The position numbers were made by a program, and so were the translations under genes. The notes under the pieces are model-generated. The model saw nothing but the letters and a program-made list of their open reading frames with translations, ran no database searches and was not told the DNA's origin. A stretch of DNA of 51,453 bases from Catajapyx aquilonaris (Eukaryota): positions 372,001 through 423,453 of the forward strand of contig KZ538006.1 of NCBI GenBank assembly GCA_000934665.2. Reading direction: 5' to 3'. Each line of letters opens with the position of its first letter. The first letter of the stretch is position 1. This document shows, one piece after another, positions 13,801 to 32,995 of this stretch.

Positions 13801-16800
13801 CTCCATCTGCCTCTGGTTTGGCTACCAGTATTACTACTATGCCACTGCCATCATCATCATGTCTTTGTGGGGTATTGTGTCCACCATAATTCAGACCCGC
13901 CAGGTGAGTTGCATTGTGTATTCATTGAAATGGTTTGACTTAACTGTCCAGGGTAGTCAGACCACTTTGATGTTTGCAGCCATAATTTTGAATGAAGACA
14001 GTTGTTTCAATCATTGATGGGCATGCACAAACTTGTGTTCTTGTATACTATGCAATGAATTTGTACTTAACATTGTTTCTGAACAGTTAACGGTGCCGTA
14101 TTTCAATTTGGTGCAATGCATACTTATGCTAGTTTAAGAATGAGAACATAAGGTAGCATGCAATGTGGTAAGAGTTATTCAGAACTGTCTGACAGGTGAC
14201 CTGCATTAATGATCTAATTATAAATATTTATAAGCCATGCTTTTGTACATTTCGAAGTATATATTATGTTTTAATGCATGTCACCTTCGAGGTAAGGTTC
14301 CATGGTCATGCAATCATCCTGGATGGCAACAATCAAGTTATGTGAAACATTAAAAAATGGTGGAGTTGGATAGTATCTTTTGATGTAGGTTATGCTGTTG
14401 ATCTGAAGTATTGTTGTTTTATAGGGATTATAATGTGAGCCTTTTGGGCCTACCTGTCTGCAACCTGAGGGAAGTGCAGGGCATGAAAGGGTGGACAGAG
14501 GCAATGGCTAGCCCCTTTTTCGTGCAGGCAGGCTGGCCCAAAGCCCACATACAGGGTGTTTCAACTTTTTTGTCCGAACAGTTCTCGGAAATATTGCACT
14601 AAGTAAGCTGCTACTTTCTAAGCAGTGTATGCCACTTCAACCCAAGATTCGCAGGGAATATTGCCCATTCCTCCGACAAACTGGTTGCAAGTCACTGCTT
14701 ACAAAGTAGCAGCTTATGGTGCAATATTTCCAATAACTGTTCAGACAAAAAAGTTAAAACACCCTGTATAGTGATAATGTTATGTAATCTCACCACATAT
14801 TTGTTCGTTGATCATTAGTCTTCAGCTCTATTGGTAATTTGCCACCGGGTGATGCCTTGGAAAAGCCAGTTTCGGATCTAATACTACATGTTTTTATTAC
14901 TTATGTTCCAGTTTCTAAACTATCATGACATGGTATGTCTACTTGTGTGCTGTAGTAACATTGGTTTAAGTTGGAACGGAAACTTGTACATAACCTTACA
15001 CTTGTCAGCTAATTTTTTAAATGCAGACTTTTCCCTACATAGTTATTTACTGTTACGGTAGAAAAAAAGTTTTTATTTGGATACTTTGATCCAAATGAAT
15101 GTTTTCTGTTATGCCTGCTTCTGCAGAGAGAAAAGTCAGTTTAGAAAAATAGAGCAGTGTAGGGCATGATGTGTGCCCATCTAATAATTGTTAAACGTAA
15201 GGGCTCGAGTGAAAAAATGCCCAAAGTGCCAGTTCAAAATTATGGAACCAAGGATGATCTGACTCACCTGCAGTTTTTTTTTTTTTTTTGGGTGAAATGT
15301 ATGACTTGGCGACTTTATCCTGTAGGCCAGTTCTGGCAAAGTGAGAGAGAGGGTTGGTGAGAGATATGAGAGAATGTTCATCACGTGATACATCAAGGGA
15401 CACCTTCCCCTCCCTCTTCCTGGAGGTGCTGCGTGTGGTGGTGAATCAGCGAGCAGCCAACCCATTTATTTCAAGGGCCAGCCTCGAGTGTCTTCTATTC
15501 TTCGAAACATTTCCCAGGCTGCAGCCTTTCTTTTGCAACCCTGCGGCCAAAGGCCTGATTTATCAACAGGTGGAGGAAGTTCAACTGGAACTTATTTTTA
15601 TCTTCTCTTCCAAGTTGTCTTTTACATTTTTGATGGGTGTTCTGTGGATTTGTATCGTTCATATCTACAGCTTATCTTACACAACTTGATTGCCTTTTAG
15701 AGTTCGTAGGATGAAAAGTACTATTTTATTACAATCACTTATTTCACTTGCAGGTATCATGGTATAGATGGCTACGCAATTGTACATTACCTACTCTTGA
15801 AAACATGCGGATATGATATATACAAATTTTTACTGCCTTTCAGAACACCTTGTTTTAAAATAAACTTGAGTTTTTATATATTCTTCGTTGTTGTTGGCAG
15901 GTGTTGTGGGTGGCAATGGTATTAATTTGCAGCATTATTTATGCCAGAAAGTAGAGTACCACACCCACCCTGTGGAACATGTGCCTTCTAGATTTTCTTC
16001 CCCTTTTTCTACTTTCTATATATCGTGATTACTTGTAGCAGTGAATACATGCTTAATGTAAGGGCAGGTGAAGGTGTAATATACTTACTCTGTGTTGCTG
16101 GTAATACAAAGACATTTAATAACACGTAATAGTACCCTAATATATTCTTTTGGAATTTTGCGAAATTATCGGTTGCAAACTCAAATTATCACAGTATGAT
16201 GTAATGACATTTTAATTATCAGTTAATGCTGTGGGGAAATTTTGAAATTCAGTGATTCTTGAGTTCGACAATGTCATGATGTGATGTCAAATTAAGCATG
16301 CATTCTCTGCTCAGCACATTGTGAAATTTAACTTTCAGCTTATTTATCTTTGTTGGGTGTAATTATATGAAGTTGCATGTTGTTGGAAGGTATTTTTCCA
16401 TGTGTTTCAATATAGAAAAATAAGAAAAATATTGTTGAAAACAGGGCCTAATTCGTTTCAAATACTTACGTGTTTCAAGAGTTGGGTCACATCCATATGG
16501 ATAAAATCTTTCTGGACGCTAATTTTTACTTGCCTGTTGCTTTGCATTCAATTTTTGCTGTGAGTACATGCATAGTTGGAGAACCCATTAATGGGCTTTT
16601 CTGCTGAACGTCTGATTACACTCAATAATACAGGCGAGGAAACAGGAATGAGTGGAAGTCAGTGACTGTTAAGTTTTTACTGACAAGGATGTGAGCTAAC
16701 TTATGAAATATGTGGTGTATAAATATCAGAAGACTAGTATGTATTTTATGTGGAGCAAATGGGATACTCCACTGTTATAAGTAGTGTTGGCATGCATTGG

Positions 16801-19800
16801 CAGGCAAATCTATTCTGCCTGTGGAGTCATGAGCTAATCTGATGCTGACTTTTCACAGAATCAGAAGAACCTTCGTAGCACCATCCATTCTTCCGATGTT
16901 GTGACTGTGTGGCTTGGTGGAGATAGCTACGAGACCATGGCAACAGAGCAACTGGTTCCCGGGGATGTAATAGTGATCCCTTCCCATGGATGCATCATGC
17001 ATTGTGATGCTGCTCTGCTTAAGGGCAACTGCATCGTCAATGAGAGCATGCTGACTGGGGAGAGTGTCCCAGTCACAAAGACTCCTCTTCCAAACCAGCC
17101 AGACATGATGTTTGACTCAAAGGAGCATGCCCGTAACACTTTGTTTTGTGGGACCAAAGTCATTCAGACCCGATTCTATGGCAGAGAGAAAGTTAAGGCA
17201 GTGGTCCTGCGAACTGGATTCCTCACGTCCAAAGGGAACCTGGTTCGTTCGATCATGTATCCTCCCCCAGTTGACTTCAAATTTGAGCGGGATTCCTACC
17301 GCTTTGTTGGAGTGCTGGCTGGCATTGCTGCCATTGGTTTCATCTACACTGTGGTCACCAAGGCGAGTACTCTGGCCTACATAATATTCTCTTTTATACC
17401 TGTATCCACTTCCACAAAATGCCTGGAAGTGATGTGACATTCCATGAAGCAAGTCTGATCATTACATGTTGTTTCCCTTGACAGTATTTTCGTGGCATAG
17501 CCGGATCCATCATTGCCCTTGAATCTCTGGACTTGATCACCATAGTGGTTCCCCCTGCTCTGCCTGCAGCCATGACAGTTGGTCGCTACTATGCTCAGAG
17601 CCGACTGAAGCAAAAGAACATTTACTGCATTAGTCCCAGAGCCATTAATGTTGCTGGGTCGATAGATTGTGTCTGCTTTGATAAGGTGAATAATTCTCAG
17701 AATTTTTGTAAATGTATCATTGCTAACTTTCTGTCCTCTGATGTTGTTAGACTGGAACCCTTACTGAAGATGGGCTGGACATGTGGGGAGTAGTTCCAGT
17801 TCATAATCAGAAGTTCCAGGTTCCAGTCAAGACAATGGAGACCCTCCCGAAGGAAGCCCTGTTGCTGGGGATGGCCTCCTGCCACTCCCTGACTGTCATT
17901 GGAGGGGAGATCTGTGGGGACCCCTTGGACCTCAAGATGTTTGAGTCAACTGGCTGGGTGCTGGAGGAGCCCAATGTGGACGACTCAGCCAAGTTCGACA
18001 TCATCACCCCAACTGTGGTCAAGCCCCAGAGACCAGATGTGGTGGAGAGTGCAGAGAATGTGGAGCTAGCTCCACATCTGGAGGTGGGGATAATTCGTCA
18101 GTTCCCCTTCTCGTCTGGATTGCAACGTATGAGTGTGATCACTCGTACACTTGGTGCACCTCACTTTGAACTCTACTGCAAGGGATCGCCTGAGATGATA
18201 GCTTCCCTCTGCCATCAGAACACTGTGCCATCTAATTTTGAATCGGTAAGGGCAGACTTGTCTTTGTAGACAGTCATAGAGAATGAGTAGTTTGACTAGT
18301 CCTTTTTTTGGAGTGTAAGGTGTGTATGCTTATTAATTAACTTTTGTATTTCCTTCAGGTGCTGCAGGAATACACACAGGAAGGTTATCGTGTGATTGCA
18401 GTGGGCTACCGTGTGCTGGGTAAGGCAAGTTACGCTAAGGTGCAGCGACTAGCCCGTGAAGAAGTTGAGCGTGACCTCATCTTTTCTGGTCTGTTGGTGA
18501 TGGAGAATCGGTTGAAGCCTGAGACCCCTGCTGCCCTTCAGACCCTGAGAGAGGCCTGTGTGCGCAGTGTTATGGTGACTGGCGACAACATGCTGACAGC
18601 CATCAGCGTTGCCAGAGACTGCGATATGGTTGGGCCAGGAGAGCGTGTCGTAATTGTCAACGCAGAGCCTGAGACCATTGGCAAACCTGCCTCACTGCAG
18701 TTCAGCCATGCAGAGGCACCCCTCCCTAAAAATGGGTCGGTGATATCAGACCTGACCGTGCTTAGTGGTGACCTTACTATGTTGACAGACATCCGCATTG
18801 ATTTTGATACCACTGAGCGGTATCATTTTGCAGTGTCTGGCAAATCATTTGCAGTCCTGCGTGATTCCTTTCCATCACTGCTTCCTCGAATTGCAGTCCG
18901 AGGCACTGTATTTGCCAGGATGAGTCCAGACCAGAAGCAACAGTTGGTGCAGGCACTCCAGGACCTGGGGTACTGCGTTGGTATGTGTGGTGACGGTGCT
19001 AATGACTGCGGAGCCCTGAAGGCAGCACATGCAGGCGTGTCACTGTCTGAAGCGGAGGCATCAGTAGCGTCTCCATTCACATCAAAGGAGAATAACATCT
19101 CATGTGTTCCAGAGCTGATCCGTGAAGGACGTGCTGCTCTGGTCACTTCCTTTGGCATCTTCAAGTATATGGCAGCATACAGTCTCACGCAGTTTGTGAC
19201 TGTCATTATGCTCTACAGCATTGACTCTAACCTCACAGACCCCCAGTTCCTCTACATTGACTTGTTCCTGATCACCCTATTCGCCTTCTTCTTTGGGAAG
19301 ACTTGTGCATATAGTGGGACACTTGTGCCACGACCACCTGAAGCCAGTTTAACAACTGTAGCACCCGTGGTCTCTATCTTGCTCCAGACAGTGGTGGTTA
19401 TTGTGTTCCAGGCAGCTGCCTTTGTTCTGGTGCAGTACCAGCCATGGTTCATTCCATTCGTTGCCAATGGTGGTGATGCAGATGAGGATCACGGGTGTCA
19501 CCAGAATTATATATTATTTGCAGTGTCATCCTTCCAGTACATAATCCTAGCAGCTGTGTTTTCAAAGGGAAAGCCATATAGACGCGAGATGTGGTCCAAT
19601 GGTGGACTCCTAGGTTCAATGCTGGCAATGACTGTATTCACATGCTACCTTATCATATACCCATGCTCATGGCTGGTGCATCAATTCACATTTGTGCTCC
19701 CGCCTGATGTACTCTTCCGTGCTGCTTTAGTTGGAATTGCAGTGCTCAATTTGGCACTAAGCTTAGGTGCAGAGATTTTGGCCGACCGAATTGGCGAGTG

Positions 19801-20179
19801 TTGCTGGAAGCGCAGTGGTAGTAAAGGTCGGGAGTATATGGCCGTGGAGGATGAGATGTGTCGGTCTCCAGAGTGGCCGCCAATATCACCAGCCCCAGAA
19901 GCCCCAGTTCCACCTCACTGCCAGGCTCTCCCAGCAGTGCGTCCGTCCATGGAACTTAAGGTGGACCTTGTGTCGCCGGAGAAGCGTCGGAATGGACGGG
20001 TTCCGGAACTAGCATTGAATGCTGGGTGTCTCCTGGTACGTGCTGCTGGCATTGATGTGCTGGGAGAGGCCATCAGGCAGGAGGTGGCTGGAAGAGGAGG
20101 CGTGACCTTGCTCAACGGTCATGTCGCTAGTACCCCCATAGGGGATGAGCTTGAGCTCAGGTCACCGTCTAGCTCCTGA
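10875..20179 (+). CDS. ATP13A3: P5B-type cation/polyamine-transporting P-type ATPase (ATP13A2-5 family, ATP13A3-like), ~1306 aa, 11 exons
   Basis: Exons 10875-10965 (upstream in-frame ATG also at 10842), 12365-12444, 12503-12670, 13106-13176, 13241-13368, 13470-13626, 13699-13903, 16859-17362, 17485-17685, 17751-18245, 18359-20179; all phases consistent. Motifs: NESMLTGES (A-domain), PPALP in TM4 (P5B signature; P5A has PPELP), DK|TGTLT phosphorylation motif split by an intron, [41 protein letters not shown]. Confidence 0.95.
14433..14550. mobile_element. Old hairpin/MITE-like element abutting the TA-flanked MITE
   Basis: ATGTGAGCCTTTTGGGCCTACCTGTCTGCA pairs imperfectly with TGCAGGCAGGCTGGCCCAAAGCCCACAT. 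Confidence 0.5.
14552..14766. mobile_element. Tc1/mariner-type MITE (215 bp), TA target-site duplication, in ATPase intron 7
   Basis: TA|CAGGGTGTTTCAACTTTTTTGTCCGAACAGTT ... AACTGTTCAGACAAAAAAGTTAAAACACCCTG|TA. Inverted similarity continues inward (GGAAATATTGCAC/GTGCAATATTTCC, TAAGCTGCTACTTT/AAAGTAGCAGCTTA). Confidence 0.88.
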
Positions 20180-21853
20180 CATGAGACCTGGGACTGTCTC
20201 TTACGTATCGTGTCTGTAGTGGCTCTCTGAGGGTCATAGTCTTTTGCTAATGTGGTTTTATACAGGGTTTTTTTTGGATCACATATCGAGTAATCAGGGG
20301 TGTATTACGCCTGGTGTTATTTATTCATGAGTCTCATTGTTTAGTCGACTCCAAGGTCCCTTGTGACTTGTGAAGCATGATTGCAGGGAAACTTGAGCGG
20401 GACTCACTTTTCCCTTATATGCTTTTATTAGAACCTTGACAACTGTTGGATATTAACAGGCCGAAACAGAGCTTAGTCTTTGGAAGTATTCCTGACATTT
20501 TCAGTAGTGCACATTTACGAATCGTCTCTAAGCAATGATCTGTTGCATATTACATATTAGACAGTGCGCATTTTCTAGATGGCATTACATCATATTGTTC
20601 AAGCTGCAAATAATAGTGACAAGTAGGTGAATGCCTGACAGAAAAATTGGGAAGTCCTGTAAGCACAGCTCCCTGCATTCATGCCTTCATCCCCCTCTTG
20701 ACGCAGGTGAGTCACAAGGTGACCAGGTTGGGATGACCAAGTCATAGCGACAGTATTAATATCCTCTCCCGCCTTTTGACCCATCTATACTTAGCCTGTG
20801 TCAAGCAGTGTATATCCACATATCTTGTGCAAGTGGATGGTTTTGCTGGGCTTGGCAGCGTTGGTCAAATCAAGCCAGTCATGAATTCACAAAATGCAAA
20901 ATGACGTACACATGGTAAACGTAACAGCAGCTCTTTCTTGACGGGTTAACAAAACAGTTGCAGCATAGCATGCAGGGCTTAACAGTTGCAGCATGCATAT
21001 ATGCAGTATTAATGTTGTACTTTTTGTTTCGGGTATTTAGCTGTCATTTATATAACTGGCTATTTCATGTTGATTAGAAACGAAGCAGAAAGTCAGGTGT
21101 GGTTAAAATGATTAGCTAGTCTTGACGCAGAAAATGAAGTGCGCATTTACTTGTCCCTGGAAGGACATGGCACTCTTCTGGATGGACCACACAATATTCA
21201 ACTCCCTCCCGCTGGAGTCCAGACCACAAATGTTGCCATTATGCAGTAAAATACGTGTTCCAGTGCCTGTCCCATTATTGTATAGATAGATATTTTGTGT
21301 TGTATTGGTTTTCTTGTTATTTATTTTGTGAAGAAAACCTGAGGCCATTAGTTGAAGGAGAGTCATTTTATCCGCGACCAATAATTTTAATTATTAACAG
21401 TACCAGTATACCACATGAGCCATGTGAAGAAGAGACGTCGATGTAAGCAATCGCTCTCTTTGGTATGCCTGTGTGTTTTGTTTCAGTAACCATCAACGCA
21501 GTGCTTCCTACAAAGTGTTTGCAAACATCTTTTTTCTTAGTCAACAATAATGCATGCATATCATTGTTGACTAAGAAAAAAAGAGTCCAAAGGAACAATT
21601 TTAATTTTTTAAAGTGATTCTGCTCAGGTGTGCAGAACAAAAAAATTGTTGTTGTTTTTTCCAGCGATGCCTTTTTCCAGAAATCGCCTGGAAAAAAAAA
21701 ATCATTTTGTACTCAAGCTAAATCCATGGTCCCTTAGGTCATAGCGCCGCCTCTATATAATTTCTTTCCCTGTTTAGAACATTACAGGAGGCTTTTTGTA
21801 GGCTGGAATTTTATCAGCAAATTGCACACATTGTGAACCATTTTACCGCTATA

Positions 21854-21859
21854 AATAAA
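21854..21859 (+). terminator. Probable polyadenylation signal (AATAAA) of the ATPase gene
   Basis: AATAAA after ~1.7 kb of 3'UTR-like sequence, followed by a pyrimidine-rich stretch and then the CpG-rich Ack upstream region. Confidence 0.55.
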
Positions 21860-22033
21860 TGTGATTAGAATATACATACACAATGCCCTTCATTTCTCCC
21901 TCTTTGCTTTCGCAGGTAATGCAATAATGAGACCACAATGACGTCAATTGCCTTTAATTGCACCTCTTTAAAGGCTATTACGTATCACCCCTCATATGCC
22001 AAGGTCATAATTGCAGCTAAGATATCGGTCACT

Positions 22034-22505
22034 ATAAGAACGCAACCAGGGAGCATATACTACATAAGAGGCCCAAACATTCGATTTCCGCGTCTCTCTG
22101 TTTGGGGGCGTTGCCAAGGTTGGCGGCCATTTTGAAGTACGGGCAACGCCAACGAGGTATAAATAGGGCACAGGCAAAAATAGAGTCCGCCATCTTTGAT
22201 TCGCCCGTGTTCTTGCCGTGTAGTTGCCATGGCCCCCAAAACCATCAAATATGGCGGACCCTATTTTTGCCTGTACTCTATTTATACCTCGTTGGCGTTG
22301 CCCACACTTCAAAATGGCCGCCAGCCTTGGCAACGGCCCCAAACAGAGAGACGCGAACATCAAAGGCGCCGACAGAAGTTTGCGCCTCTTATGTAGTATA
22401 TGCTCCCTGACGCAACCGAGTGCGCACACTAGTTCGCGCCACAACGTTGCCACGTTTACCATGGTTGTGGCGCGAACTAGTGTGCGCACTCGGTTGTGTT
22501 CTTAT
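22034..22505. mobile_element. ~102-bp palindromic MITE (GCAACCGAGTGCGCAC family), interrupted by the 363-bp MITE
   Basis: Removing the insert and one TSD restores ATAAGAACGCAACCGAGTGCGCACACTAGTTCGCGCCACAAC ... GTTGTGGCGCGAACTAGTGTGCGCACTCGGTTGTGTTCTTAT (one mismatch between arms). Confidence 0.82.
22047..22409. mobile_element. 363-bp foldback MITE with CAGGG termini and 7-bp TSD ACGCAAC (P- or hAT-like non-autonomous element)
   Basis: Perfect 26-bp TIR CAGGGAGCATATACTACATAAGAGGC / GCCTCTTATGTAGTATATGCTCCCTG. Inner inverted arms 22089-22200 and 22244-22355 with ~8 mismatches. ACGCAAC at 22040-22046 and 22410-22416. Superfamily assignment is inference. Confidence 0.9.
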
Positions 22506-22619
22506 TGCTGCTCATATTTCAGCTTTCCGCTACTTTAATAGCTGTTCCAATCGCCAGCCACGTAAGTAGCGGTTCCAAATCGCGGTTACTTGTAGCAGCG
22601 ACGCATGCAGCCGCTATGC

Positions 22620-22831
22620 TTCATTCGACTCCCCCCTTTTCAGTCTTTTTGAGTCCCTCCCACTCTTGGTCGTCTCTTGGTCTCTTCTGTTCAATGCGGA
22701 GGGAGTTTCTCAGAAGGAGTTCTCCTCGGAGTGCGCGCTTCTCCTCCTGGGCAGGGCAGTGCCCCTCGGCCGTACTGCGTCGTTGGAACTTTGCATGGAA
22801 CGCATTTGCTTCCGGATGAGCTAGCGCACAG
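22620..22831 (+). promoter_or_regulatory. Probable promoter and non-coding first exon of Ack
   Basis: CpG-rich region; Inr-like TCATTC (22621) and TCAGTC (22640); donor CAG|GTCAGT at 22831/22832 that can join acceptor TTTCAG at 24329, 13 nt before the ATG. Confidence 0.5.
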
Positions 22832-23163
22832 GTCAGTTGTTCAGAGGGAGGGGGGCGAAGAGGAGGTCGGAGGTCAGCCCCAGGAGGCGGCGGGGTGCGT
22901 AGTACTTCTTTTTTTTGGAGGGGGATGGAACGTTTTTTTTTTTTCGGTGTTCAGAGAACTCCATTCGTTTTCTTTCCAAACGATTGTTTGATGGTGTGGG
23001 AATTGGTTCGGGTTGGAAATCGAGGAGGGAGGTGACCTGGTTGATCGTATTGTTGGGGTTGGAGATTTGTGGGGATGGAAGAGGGAATGGGGTTTTTGGA
23101 TGGTGGGACTTGTTGCTCAGAGATGTTGTCAGTTAGGACGCATTGGTATGGAGAGGCCCTGAT

Positions 23164-23278
23164 TGATCACGGTGACAACCAAGGGGGTACTCCGCTGTAC
23201 ACCTGCAGTCGTACTCCCAGGTACTCCGGTGTACACTTCACAGTCGAGTGAGTACCCCCTCGGTGACCACAGTGCTCA
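23164..23278. mobile_element. Small hairpin/MITE-like element with internal direct repeats, Ack intron 1
   Basis: ACCAAGGGGGTACTC ... GAGTACCCCCTCGGT inverted ends; internal direct repeats GGTACTCCG(C/G)TGTACAC...CAGTCG. Confidence 0.5.
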
Positions 23279-24342
23279 TATTAGACGGTGAAATGTGTTG
23301 TGCGCATTTTTTGCAGGGCGTTGGATTTGTTTACTTGCGGCTCTATCTCGCAACCAGCTTGTTAGGGGATGGCATGCACTAGGAGACGAGCTTGTCAATG
23401 GAATCGGTAACGTCACATTCGCATAGCTGCATTTTTTTCATGGAAGGTTTAGAAGCTTCTTCCGGTAATTAATATTTAAACGTTTACACTAACTTGGGTC
23501 TCCGTAATCCCTGATTGATTTTTTAATGGAATGTGCTGTTATTTTTAAACATTATTTACAATTACAAAGGAGGTTCTAATCTAAACTAAAGCTTGCTTAG
23601 GAAAATAATGTGAATGGGGCTTAAGTCAGTTATGATCAAATGTGAATCTATAATTATTGCAACCAATAAAGAGTATTAAGATTATGCTCTGTTAATTGTT
23701 AGTTGCATTATTGATGGCGTATTGAAGTAATTATTTGATATGAAAAGTAGTAATTACAACAGCAAGTTACCCCATGATAGCCCAATATTGAAAGTGTTTG
23801 CTGCCATTGCGATGTCAGTAGCTTCTCTGTTTGTAGCAACTTTAAAATTTTAAGCTACATCAGTTGCAAGAAATGAACTAATGCGAAACATGCTGGGGAT
23901 GCACTGTTATACAAAACATTTTTTGTACTGATCACATGTGATAGAGCTGCATTATAATCATCCATGGGGAACAGATGGAAGTGCTGTAATGAGCAGGTTC
24001 CAGCCTAATTTATGGCCTGTTATATAAAGATCTCACTGTAGTACTACCATATGATGGTAGTGCTGAATGAAGTAGAATTTCTAATAGTGAGTCATGGGTT
24101 GGAAGTTTTAAAATGTGTGTGTGTGACTTCCATAGAACTTGTATAGCTAAAGGGAGAGATTAGGTTTTCCCAAGACCTACATCCTATTTGATTCATGGGG
24201 AAGGACATTGCGATGACCTTCTTGCTATTAAAGGTCATGTTTGCCATTCTGTGTATGTAATTATCACTAGATTGAAACACCCACATCTATCGTCGGTTGA
24301 GGTTTTTACCCTCGATGTTTCTGTTTCAGAGGTGAGTAGAGG

Positions 24343-32995
<8,653 letters not shown>

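Noticed and set aside
15354..15689. ORF containing LFLEVL...NPF, resembling ATPase exon 7 (LFLEILNPF), as a duplicated mutually exclusive exon
   Set aside because: Similarity is limited to a few residues, it lacks the two TM helices, and I found no suitable acceptor.
16927..20115. Several minus-strand ORFs over the ATPase exons (similar shadows over Ack, the cuticle gene and Dkk)
   Set aside because: Antisense shadows of real coding exons.
21992..22538. Cluster of ORFs on both strands with mutually similar peptides (e.g. LPRLAAILK.GQRQRGINR.QAKI)
   Set aside because: Artefact of the inverted arms of the nested MITEs; no transposase or other domain.
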